Source: Cycas panzhihuaensis (Eukaryota; Plantae; Cycadophyta). Taken from it: a stretch of 64,000 nt of DNA. Made by a program: the position numbers and the translations under genes. Shown here in pieces: positions 40,662 to 53,300 of the stretch. Numbering within the stretch: position 1 is the stretch's first letter; the number at the start of each line of letters is the position of its first letter. Where the stretch lies: the NCBI GenBank assembly GCA_023213395.1, contig CM041465.1, positions 236,909,741-236,973,740 on the forward strand. The letters are read 5' to 3'. The notes under the pieces were generated by a model. The model saw only the letters and a program-made list of their open reading frames with translations. It was not told where the DNA came from and made no database searches.

Positions 40662-43189
40662 TATTTTTTAGCTTCTAGGAATGGTGTTGATATGATGACA
40701 TATGTAAGTGCAAGTATGCATCTTTATCCTTATTACCCATCACATTTATTATGTCATTTTGATTTATGTGATGCACTGGTTAATTGGCAGACATATGTTG
40801 CTTGTATGTTTTACTTGCTTATATCCCATCTTATGCTGATGATGACTAGGACTCTAGTCCAATGGCCTTAGAGCCTCCTCGTATTTGGTTATTAGTTGGA
40901 AAAGGGATCACTCCACATCCCAACTACTTAATTTTTAGACCTATCCTTATTTATTTAGCCTCATTTCTTTCTCATAATCATTGGTCACCCCTTATTTTAG
41001 GTTTTAGGATTGGATTTTAGGAATTAAAGTGCCCTTAGGGCAAGGCTTAGGCCCCTTTTCCATAATCTATTACTACATTGCTATCTTTTTTAGTGTAGAA
41101 AGTAGTACTATAGAGCAATTTGTGGTACCATAGATATATCTGTGGTACCATAGATTTTTCTTTGGTACGACTATTTTGCCACTCAGGTGCATCTCCAATA
41201 TCTAAATGACTCTTTTCGCTACCTTATTATGTGGGCCTAGGGTGCCACATTAGCCCAAGTTGGATTGTTGCACTTTTAGGAACCTCATTGGACCTACAAC
41301 ATCATTTTTTATTTAATTTTGTTAAGATTTGAATCTCCCTCCTTAACTCCATCTATGGTTTTGTGGTAGTGGTTTCTCCACGTTATGGGCATGAAACTGC
41401 CACCCTCTCACCTTGTTTTCTCCTATAAAATCCCTTAAGTTTGAGGGTAGAATATGATAGACCTCCTATCCTTCTTACAGTACCAAAATGTTGTAAAAAT
41501 TCTACCTCAAAAACTCTTCTACTCTTGATACAACTTATATTGCTTTAGAGCTATGGTGGTGACATTAGAGATCAACCCTATGACAACCAAGGAGGTATTA
41601 GAGAGCTTCACATCGAGTAGCTATCGCTTATTGTCTCTTCCCTAGAGTGGACATCCCCCATCTTCCTTGGTTTTCCATCTTATGAGACTCCCTCTCATTC
41701 TTTCCCTCCATGCTTTGTTGTTATTTTGTAGCATAGGTAGGGTTGTGCAAATTTGGTAATTTATTTTCATTATCATAGTAGAAGGTAGGGTTGAATTAGC
41801 TTGATCCTCCCTCCTTCCCTTTGCCTACACATATATTAAGTTGAAAGTTTATGTTGGAGAGGTTTTCCTTGGTATAATTAAGGAAACTACTTATATAGGG
41901 AAGGTCACACCATTCTGGGCTAACCTTCCCTTCCTTATTTCATGTTTATGTTGTTATTGTTTCATTATTTATTGCATGTATATACATACATGATTTATGA
42001 CCATATTGGTTTATTTTTATATAACTAGATTTGTTAAAGGATTGTATAGCATCTTTTCTCTTGATCTAACTTGTAGGGATATGAGTGGGAGACCCTCCAC
42101 CATTTACATTAGGCTTTGAGTCTATAGTATGCCTTAACAAGGTGAGCACTCTGATTTTTATAATTGTAATTGCTTTATTCTTTTCTTTTTTCTTTCATTG
42201 CTTTTATTTATTATCTTTTCACTTGAGGTGGGTAAGTGGAGCCCCCTTTTTCTACTTCAAGCTGGAAATAGGAGATATTAAAGGGAAGATGAGAAGAGGT
42301 AAGGAAGAGTGGCATCACCAACCATCAACCAAATCTAGGTGCATCTCCTTCCTTTCTTCTCATAATTATTTCGTATTTTTATTAACACCTTCACTCTACT
42401 CCTCATTGTAGGAATTTCTACCTCATTATCCATTTGTTTTTAGTTGCATCATCATTAAAAAGGAAAAATAAGGGATAAGTAAGGGTTTATTTCATAGTAG
42501 AAAATCAACAGAAATTAATTTGTAAGAAAGGAAACTTGTTTTCTCTTCCTTTTGTTTTACAAAAAGGAATATTAAAATCAAGGGTGTTTTGGGCTAGGGT
42601 TTATATAGAGAAAGATTCTTTACCTTTCCCCCTCTTTGCTTCCCCCTTGGTTTCATCTTTTTTCCTTTCCTTCAATTGGTATGTATGTTCCTTTTTTTAG
42701 AAATGAAAGAGAAAGTATGTTGAAGAAAAAGAGAGTGATGTTATTTGCTAGTCTTGAACTTCACTTTTTTTTCTTCTTTTCCTTTTACATCTATACAACA
42801 ATAGCAAAAACATACCCTATTTCTTTTGTTTCACTAAGTGGGTTCACACCCATTTAGACCCTTTACCTCTTTCTCTCTTCTGTTTCCCTTTCCTCACCTA
42901 CTATGTGGGTCCCTCATCAAGGGGGTCTACTCACTCATGGTATCCAAGGGGAAGAGGGAATGTTCTAGTTTCTAAATAAGAAAATGTCACCATTCCTTTT
43001 TATCTTCAAAACTCTAAGTGGAGGGAAGGGGACCACACTTATGTGTTCCTAAATTTACACCCATAAGGTGTATAAGTGCCTTACATAGGCCACATTGGAC
43101 TATACTTCACCCCATTCTAGCTCTCACACCCTAAGCCTAGCCTCCCTTAGTGTTGGTAGTCTTAGGTATTCCTAATAGGAGAGATCTCA
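40662..43189 (+). repeat. 5' LTR of H
   Basis: Collinear with 48161-50363 + 55511-55811, roughly 15-17% diverged in the first 200 bp. Confidence 0.92.
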
Positions 43190-43359
43190 CTCGTGACCAT
43201 ATTAGGGAATGTTGGTTAGGATGATTTAGGTTTCTTTTAGCTTTCTTATACATCTTTTCCCTTACATAGGGCCTATTAGGGTGTCTTTCTTTTAGATTTC
43301 CTATTTGTTACTTCTTTTCCTTCTTCATTCTCTATACTTCCTTAAGTAGAGTAGTTTGC

Positions 43360-46300
43360 CTATGGATACAACATTTCTCACATCACTTATGTGGTTTACC
43401 TCTTATTGAAGTAGAGCCTATTTATTCCTATATTCCCTCATATGACCAAGAGTCACCAATGGAGGGTTATTCTTTTAATTATCTAAGGACCATTATGATT
43501 TAGATTAGCCTCATCCTAAGGCCCCTTCCTCTCAATATGGTCTTGCTCAAGTTGGTGGGGATCCTATGTATTATCATACCAAGTTTGTTGAAGGTTGCTA
43601 AGACACTCAACTGCTACCTATGCATGTCATAGGGAGTTGTCAACCTAGGTACCCTATTTCATACCCAGAAGGGGTCCCCCTAACTTATCCATCCCATTAT
43701 AGTCATCAAGAGGAAGTTTCCACCTCTTATGACCAATCATATGCTTCTCATTGGGACGTGATTGATTCCCTAAGGGAATGCTTCAAAGTTATAACCATGC
43801 AACCACCTCCCAAGTGGTTGCAATAGTTCCTTTAAACTTTAGATCCCTCATCTTTCATCATCCCCATTATTTCATCCCTTCCTTCTACTTCCTCTACCCT
43901 CTAAGAATTGATTTTAGTAGGGCATGTTTCCACATGTGTCTCTCCTAGCCAATCGATCACTTTAAGTATATAAACCCCTTAAGTGGGGATAAGTATACCT
44001 TCACTTCTAACTAATATTCCCCAACCTATTACTATACTAATCCCTTATTTTCCTTTAATTGTTCCCTTTCCCCTATACCATGTAAGACACAGGGGCATGA
44101 TTTTAATCCATATCTAACTATAAACCATATATGCTTCACTCTACCTTCCTCTAGGGTACATGTCTCAACCCTAGGGGCATTGGGGATCAAATCCCCTTAT
44201 TGTATATGGGGTTACCCCTCCTCTTGGGGGTCCATATGGGAAAAACCCCATTCCCTATCCTCCATTTTGTCAACCTTGTTCTATGCCTTACATAGGTTCT
44301 TCTTTACATGCCTACCCATCTGCTCCTGTGGGAGTGTGTTCTCAACCATTACATTCTTATGCAGCTTATCCCTAAGGTACAACAAGACCCTCTCACACAT
44401 CTTGTTATGTAATAATTCCCTATTTAGGGGCTCTATATTCTTATTTATTATGAGGGATAGCCTACACTTCTACCTCTTATAACCCTCATCAATAAGGGTA
44501 TCATCCCTATAATGCCACCCCTTACTCACCACATATTGGGAGTGGGCATCCCTATACTACATCCCCTTATTCCTAGGTTAACCTACTAATCCAACTAGGG
44601 ACTCATCCCTTTATTGATTGTTGGTTGAACCATTGTTGATCAAGGTGCTAAGGACCAACTTGTCACCTCATCCTCTTGAAGTACATAAGTTTAATAACAT
44701 CTCTTCCCCTGACCCTACTATACATGCTAAGGTATTCTCCATGGCATGCATTGATTATTGGGCCTATGATGATATTCTAATAAATTTTTTTCCTAAATCC
44801 CTCTAGGGAGATGCCCTCAAGTGGTTCTATTATCTCTTTGCCTACTTCATTATAACTTTTTAATAACTAATTCATAAATTTATCAAATAATTTGATGTTA
44901 CCTAACCTTTTGAGAGTGGGGTTAAAGCCCTACTTTCACTTAAACAAGGCTCTTAGGAACTAAATTGTAACTTTGTGTGGTAATTCTATGATCTCCTTCA
45001 TTATTCTAAGGCCATATTACCTAACAAATTAAATCAAGATCCTTTTGTTAATGTGTTGTACCCTTAGGTACACGCTGAGGTCTTAAAAATGAGAGTAATC
45101 TCTTGTGATTCTATCATAGCTAAATGATTAGCATTGGAAGCCATTAAGATCTAAGCTAGTCTTAAGAAGTTTCCAAAGCAATTACAACATCATGATGCAC
45201 CCCCTTCCTCATGTGACTGAAAGAGGCAATAGCCCACTTCTATGCCTCTTATTAGCACAACTGACAAGACCTTAGACCTACTCACATCTGCTATTCACTC
45301 TTTTAAATGAATGGTTAAAGATATTAAGTTATAACTAATTCAAACCTCTCCTAAATCATAATGCCTTATCCATCAAACAACTAAAACCACCTTATCAATG
45401 ACTGCTAATACTACTTCTCAAAGGAAGGTGATATGATCCCATCCTAAAAAGAAGCAGTGTTTTGTCCATAGTGAGTGTTTCTATGATGATTCATAGTGTT
45501 GGAAATAACATCCTAAACTTGCCCTATCCTATGAATCTCCTTCATAGGGTGTTTCCAAACATAATTTGGAGTAGCCTATCCATTATGATTCATTCCCCAA
45601 CCATGAGGAATGGGATCATTCTCGCCAAAATAAGAGAGTAAAGAATAGAAGGCAAACTCCCCCTCCTTCCTCATATCAAGTAAAGGGGTAAGGCTCTAGC
45701 TGATTCCTCTCCTCCTTCTAGCCCTATAACTCACCATCCCTCCTCTTCTCATTATAAAAATAAGGAGAGGAATGTTATCCAACTATTTGAGACTACCTAT
45801 ATATGCCTAGTCACATGATCTTAGGCCTCTAGAGAGGCTAGCAAAACCTCCACCTCTCACTAATAACACCCTATAAATGCTCCTCTAATGAAGATCCTTA
45901 TAGTTATAAAGACTATTCCTATGCACCTAGGGTGATACAATTTTAGGAGGGCACTTCCCCAACCCATAGGGAAGGGGAAGACCTTCTCCATTATTGAAGA
46001 CTTACACTTGGTTTTCATGGGAATGTCCATGATGGATATCTTACGGAGTTTCCCTTGGCAACATATACTTCTTCTAGAGGCTCTTGGTCATAAAGATGCC
46101 CCTATCCATGCTGTAGGTACTACCTCTCTTAGACCTCCTACCATCTTGTTTGACCCTCGAGACCCCCCATCCCTTAGTGAATGGGAATGTTATTGGCACT
46201 ACCCATTTACTATCATCATCGATACTCCTAATTTTACCTTAAAGATGACTATCATAGATAATAGCTCCTTGATCAACATTATGCCTGTGTAAATGATAGA

Positions 46301-46560
46301 GGCATGGAGGCTCTCAAGCTTGTTCCTTGGAAATGTTAGGGGTATAATAGGAGTGAGAAGTCCCACTTATGGATGGTGACTATCTCGCTCATCCTAGAGG
46401 GAAAGACCATGATGGCAAACATAGTTATTCTCAACATCAACATTGATTATAACCTCCTATTAAGTCAATTATGGATTGATCAAATGGGAGATATCTACTC
46501 CTCATGATAGGGGTAGCTTAAATTTTTCCATGAAGGGTAAGTCAAGGTTGTGACTCGTGA
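43360..46560 (+). pseudogene. Element H gag-protease remnant
   Basis: LEVHKFNNISSPDP...INFFPKSL*GDALKWFY (gag, 44618-44830), IIDNSSLINIMP and DYNLLLSQLWI (aspartic protease); homologous to E and F. Confidence 0.85.
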
Positions 46561-47242
46561 GCTTCCTCCCTCTCCTATATCTCCTCCTACTTGTTAGGCT
46601 ATCTTTGATGCTAGAGATAGTGATCCTAATAAGCCTCTTCCCTCTTTCGAGAACCTTTTTAAGGGGTCTAATTATTGCTAGGATGAGCTATGATCTTACC
46701 TTGAACCTAATCTAATTAGGTTTACCCCTATTGGTGTAAGTAGCTATGACTACCTGGCCATTATAAGTGACTTTGAGTCAAATTTTGAGGCCCATGAGCC
46801 CCCTCTACTATGTGTTACTCTTGTTTCCCATACACCTAGGATAACATCCCATGAAGATACTTCCTTTAATTTTGATCCTCTTTCAAGGACCCTTAACCAT
46901 CATTCTAGGCCATGGGGCTTAAGTTGCCATCCACCTTTATATTCTACCCAAGCCATCATGTAGAATCATACTTGCTAGTGCATTGGTCATGTGTGTACCA
47001 TTTCTATGCAATCTCAACCCTCATCAAGTTCCAAGGCCTACCTAATTCAAATGCCATCACCTCATGATGTGTTCTAATATGTGTTGGGTCCCTTACCTAT
47101 TACTACCCTATGATTTGGTTCCAACTAAGTCCCTTCTTTATATGATTCTGATTATGAATCTTAGTTACCATTGTCCTATGATGGACCCTTTTATTATGAT
47201 ATTCCTTTGTCTACTCCTACCCATAGCTTGGATGATAAGTCA

Positions 47243-47667
47243 TTAACTATACATATCGATGGGGGTAGCCATGGGAACCCTAAGCCATCTATTACTATCT
47301 AGGTTATTTGAGATTTTCATGAGTATATCCTCATGTAATTTAGGATTTCTTTTCCTAACACTACTAATAATGAAGTGAAATACATTGTCATCATAAGAGC
47401 GTTGAAGGTGTGCTTCACTTCCATCATGGCTCCATCACCTCATGTTATGACTCTAAGATAGTTGTATCTTAGTTTATGCAAGTTTATCACATCCATTCCC
47501 CATATTTGAGGTTCCTAGCTATAATATCTATGGCCTTGTTAGATATATACACTTCCATAAGCATTCATTATACTCCATGTGAACTTAATACTAAAGTTGA
47601 TAGCTTAGTGAATTTTATCTTAAAACATCACTTGCCATTGGTAAATGACTTTCTTATGGCCCTATGA
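47243..47667 (+). pseudogene. Archaeal-type RNase H (aRH) domain remnant
   Basis: Four ordered motifs with normal spacing: IDGGSHGNP (47255), TNNEVKY (~47363), DSKIVV (~47450), NTKVDSLVN (~47587). Confidence 0.85.
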
Positions 47668-50363
47668 TCCACCTATTGAGGCTTACCTCTATGGGAGCAA
47701 TCCTCCCTAGCTTCACCTTTAAACCTTGGCCACTAATGAGGCTAAACTATGGTGACCACACCTCTTTCAATTTATTGATATTCTTTCCTCCTCGAGTATT
47801 CTTTGGCCAATAACCTCACCTGTTCAAGAAGCATTAGGGGTTTTGAGCCCCCACTTTTAGGCCATGCTACCCCTTGTTTAGCTTGCCACCAAGGTATTCC
47901 CTTGGTTGCTTGCCCCCTTACTTATACTTGATTTAGGCATGCCATCATTGGTTAAGGTTTTAATGCCACCATTGACCCATCTTCCTTCCTCTTAGATTAT
48001 ACACCTCTAACCATCTGCCAATGAGGCATAACTATGGAAAACATCACCTCTTATCACATGCATACATTTGTTTATTTGTTTATATCTCACATCATTTGTA
48101 TTAGTAGCATTCACCATCTTCTAGACCTTTAAGTGAAGAGGTTTTACTGCCAAGGGGTAGTGTTTCCTAGCTTCCAATAATGGTGTTGACATGATGACAT
48201 AGGTAAGTATAGGTATGCATTTTCATCCTTGTTGCCCATTGAATTTATTATGTCATTTTAATTTATGTGATGTATTAGTTAATTAGTAGACATGTGATGC
48301 TTATATATTTTACTTGCTTACATCCCATTATACGCTAATGATGACTAGGACTCCAGTCTAATAGCCTTAGATCCTCCTTGTATCTGGTTATCGGTTGGAA
48401 AAGAGACCTCTTCACATCTTTGCAACTCCTTTTTTAGATTCATCCTTATTTATTTGGCCATATTTCTTCCTTATAATAACTTGTCACTGCTTATTTCAAG
48501 TTTTAGGAGTAGCTTTTTGGAGTTAGAGTGGCCTTAGGACATGGATTGGGCCCTTTTTGCATAGTTTGCTACTACACCATTATCTTTTTTGGTGCAAAAA
48601 ATGATACTACAGAGTAATTTCTGGTACCATAGATACATTTGTGGTATGACTATTTTGCCACCCAATCGCATATCTAACAACTAAATAGCTCTTTTTGTCA
48701 CCTTGTTAGGTGGCCCTAGGTTGCCACATCAACCCAAGTTAGCTCATTGCACTCTTGGGAACCTCATTGGACCTTTAACATCATTTTTTTATTCAATTTT
48801 TCATAATATTTGAATCTCCCTCCTTAGCTCCATCCATGGTTTTAGGGTTAGTGGTTTCTCCACCTTATGGGCATGAAAGCATTACACCCTAACCTTGTTT
48901 TATCCTATAAAATCCCTCAATTTTGAGGCTAGTATATGATTGATTTTCCATCATTCTTATAGTACCAAAATGCTATTGAAATTTTACCTTAACAACTCTT
49001 CTACTCTTAATTCAACTTGTATTATTTTAGAGCTAAAGTGGTGACATTGGAGATCAACCCAATGACAAGTAAGGAGGCATTAGATAACTTCTCATAGGGT
49101 GGCCATTACTTCTTGTCTTTTCATTAGAGTGGGCATCGCCCATCCTTCTTTAGTTTACCATCTTGTGAGACTCCATCTCACCTTTTTCCTCATTACTTTA
49201 TTGTTATTATATTACATAGGTAGGGTTATACATATTTGGTAATTTCCTTTTATTTTGATAATAGAAGGTAGGGTTGAATTAGCTTGATCTCCTCTCCTTC
49301 CCTTTACCTACACATCTATTGAGTTATAGGTTTATGTTCGAGAGGTTTTCCTTGGTACAACTAAGGAAACTTCTTATGTACAAGAGGTCATGCCATTTCG
49401 AGGCACATTTCCCTTCCTTGTTTCATGTTTATTTTGTTATCATTTCACTATTTACTACATATACATACATACATTCTTTATGAATATATTAGTCTATTTT
49501 TATGCAACTAGATTTATTGGAGGATTGCATAATGGCCTTTTCTCTAGATCTAACTTGTAGGGATATGAGTAGGAGTAAACTCTCTAATAATCACATTAGG
49601 GTTTGAGGCTTCTATATGCCTTAATAAGGTGAGCACCCCCATTTTTGTACTTGTTGTTGATTTATTCTTTTACTCTTCTTTTATTGGTTTCATTTACTAT
49701 CTTTTCACTTAGGGTGGGTAAGTGGAACCCCCTTATTCTAATTTAAGCTAGCAACATGAATAATCAAAGGGAAGATAAGAAGAGGTAAGGAGGAGTAATG
49801 TCACCAACCATCAACCAAATCTGGGTGCATCTCCTTCCTTTCTTCTCACCATTATTTCTTTTTTTTGTTAGCACTTTCACTCTGCTCCTCATTGTAGAAA
49901 TTCCTCCCCCCTTATTATTTGTCCTTTTTTAGTTGAATCATCATTAGAAAGGTAAAATAAAGGATAAAGAAGGGTTTCTTGCATAGTAGAAAACATAGAT
50001 AAATTAATTTATAAGAAAGGAAATTAATTTTCTTTCCCTTTTATTTTGGCAAAAGGGAATATTAAAAGAAAGGGTGTTTTGAACTAGGGTTCCATATAGG
50101 GAAAGATTCTTTACCTTTCCCCCCATCTTTTTTCCTTTTCTTTAATTGGTATACATGTTCCTTTTTTTAGAAAAGAAAGAGAAAGAGTATTGAAGAAAAA
50201 GAGAGTGAGGTTATTTGCTTATCTTATGCTTTGATTTATTTTCTTCTTTTCCTCTTAAACCTACCTAACAACAATGAGACCATACCCTATTTCTTTTGTT
50301 TCAGCAAGTGGGTTTGCACCCATTTGGGCCCTCCACCTCTTTCTCTCTTCTCTTTCCCTTTAT

Positions 50364-53300
50364 TATTAGAGGTAACATTTTATCTAGGCATTACAAAGGG
50401 TCATTAATAAACCCTTAATTATGTATCTCACACATGTGAATGTGACATGTGCCATGTCTTTAGAAGTTAGTTTCAAAACTTGTTATAACAGTTACAACTT
50501 TCCTTGTATATTTAAGAGATTATCTCCTTATTAAGAATTGGTTCAGTACTACTCATAAGCATTCTACTTCTTTGAATTAAATCAACATGGTATTAGAGTA
50601 GGTCTGATTACTCATCTAGAGGAAGAAGACTTAACTAATTTAAGACCAATTTAAGGGGTCAAAAAGAAGACAAGTCTAAAAGACTCTTTGGTAGAAAAGC
50701 ATTGTATTAATTACTTATGTATAAAACTATATGGAAACTTTACAAATACCAAAAATTTAAAGCTCTTAGAATGCAATGAAATTTGCTGCATAAATAGATT
50801 TGAACATGGTCGTCAACATTCTAAACTAGCTCAAAGTCATTTAAAGTTGTTTCAAGGCCCATATTGAAGGAAAACTAGTTCATATGGGTTTGGAGGAAGT
50901 ACAATTGATTTAACTTAAAATCATACCCGAAACTAGGTAAAAACTATCACAAAATCCTTGTTTCTCTAGTACTAAGAGTTTGATTCCAATTTTGTCTAGT
51001 TTTGTAGAGTATTGTAAGAGTTTTAAGAAACAATGTGCTTAAACCCTAACTACCCATCTAAGATTTTGAGGTAGATTTCTTTAGATTAAAAGGGTGTTTT
51101 TAGAAACTCACACCAGATCCATACTAAGGGTGAAAAGACCTCTCTTTTGAGGTATCGTTTATCCAAGTCTATACACCTAGGGTTTTATACAGAAATCCAT
51201 ACATCTATATGGTCAAGCCTATTTAGGTCCCTTTCTCATCATTAATAATGGCTACACCAATTTATGGATTGTCTAAGCAAGATAAACTCACATACATTAA
51301 TTACCATATCTAGAAAATAAAAGTTGAAACTCTTATTAGGGCTGGAAATGCTTGGAACATTGCTCTTAACATAGAAACCAAACTAGATGATGTAAGTACA
51401 ACATTACCTAATTGGATTGAAAGAGCTAATACAAGAATGATCATTCTTAAATTGTCTATTATTTACTCTCTCTTGGTGTATGTAGAAAAATTGAACTCCA
51501 CTTCAGCCATTTAGAAAAATAAAGCTTAAATATTTTCTCTAAAAGAAGAGTTATATAAGTTGCATATGAAGGAATATAAAGTAGTGACCAATTTTATACA
51601 CAAGGTCACTTCACTTAGAAATGGTCTCCTAAGTGCTGGAGAAATTCTTCCTGAACTAGATCTTATTCAGATGGTAGCTAGTAAACTACCAAAATCTTTT
51701 GATGTAACCATCAATACCATCACAAACAATAATCAGATTGATGAAATAACACTTGATGAATTGACTAGAATATTGCTAAGGTAGGAACAGAGAAATAGAT
51801 GGTATGAAGACTTAATAGAACTAGAAGATGCCTTTACTTCTAGGCTAAACTTGGAGCCTCAAGGACGAATCCAGTCACATGGAAGAAGACAAACTATAGA
51901 TTCTATGGGTTATGCTTGTGGCTGTTATCAAGATAACAGAGGATACATACAAGGTAGAGACTTTAGAATATGTTTCAACTATGACAGACCTAGACATTTC
52001 ACTAGTGTTTATAGAGTATTCAATGTGTATTACCATTATGGGCAACCAGGACACTATCCCTATCAATGTCTTAAAGGAGAGTAGATATTCAAAGAGGGAA
52101 AAGACTGGTGGGCAACTATAACAAAGAACAAACTAAAGAGAGAGAGGAATAAACAACATTTATGGTTGCATTATCAGCAAGATTGAAGGAAATAAATACG
52201 TGGCTTATCGACTGTAGAGCTTTGTAACATATGACAAATTGCCAAGATTGGTTTAAAACTTTGAAACCTTATAACATCAACAAATTAGTAGAATTAGAAG
52301 ATAAGTATCCACTTAGAATTAAAAGAGTAGGTACTATCTCTATTAATATATAAGGCCATGTAAAGAAAATTGGAAATGTTTTGTTGGTCCCTGACCTTAA
52401 AATAAATCTTTTGTCTATTTCACAACTTAACAAAAAGGTGCTAAGAATTGTGTTTGATGAGGAAGGTCTTTGTCATATATTAGATGTAAAAAATAATGGA
52501 GAAAAAATAGCAAAAGGTGTTAGGAGTAATGATCTATATAAACTAGTCTTAGATCCTATAATACCCAGTATAGGTCCAAAAGTTTGTACTATTATGAATT
52601 CTGATAATAAAATGTGGCATTTTAAGTATGAGAATTTACCAGTAAAAATATTAAAGCAAATGAAAAAACATGATATAGTACATGGACTACCTCACATCAC
52701 CTCAGAAAATTTTATTTGCAAAGGATTCTAATTTGGAAAACATCATAGACTATCATTCAAAGAAAATAAATGGAGAACATAAAGAAAATTGGAATTAGTT
52801 TGTACAAACCTTTGTGGACCACTTACACCACTTTGAATAAATGGTTTTAGGTATTTCTTTACTAAAAAAGTTTGGGTATACTTCTTGCATAACAAATTAG
52901 AAGTCTTTGAAGCCTTTAAGGAGTTTAAAGTAGAAGTAGAACTAGAGTTTGAAACCAAAATAAAGTGCATCAGATCTGATGGAGGAGGGGAGAATGTTTC
53001 TAATGAATTCCTAACCTATTGTAAGTGAAAAAAAATACAAAGATAGGTTACCATGCCCTACATACCACAGTCTATTAGGGTTTCCAAGAGAGAAAATAGA
53101 ACCTTGATAGAGATGGCTTAAAGCATAGTCCATGAAAAGTAATTTATGGAATCATATTGGATAGAAGCAATTAATATAGCCTACTATCTTATAAATAGGA
53201 GTCTAACTAAATCCTTAGAGAACATCACACCTGAGGAAGCATAGATAGGTAAGAAACCTAATGTCAGTTCACTTAAGGTATTTGGTGGTTAGGCCTATGT

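Noticed and set aside
41101-41173. Repeat-spacer pattern reminiscent of a CRISPR array
   Set aside because: About 10-bp cores with 10-bp spacers, at most 4 units, inside eukaryotic LTRs, no cas genes
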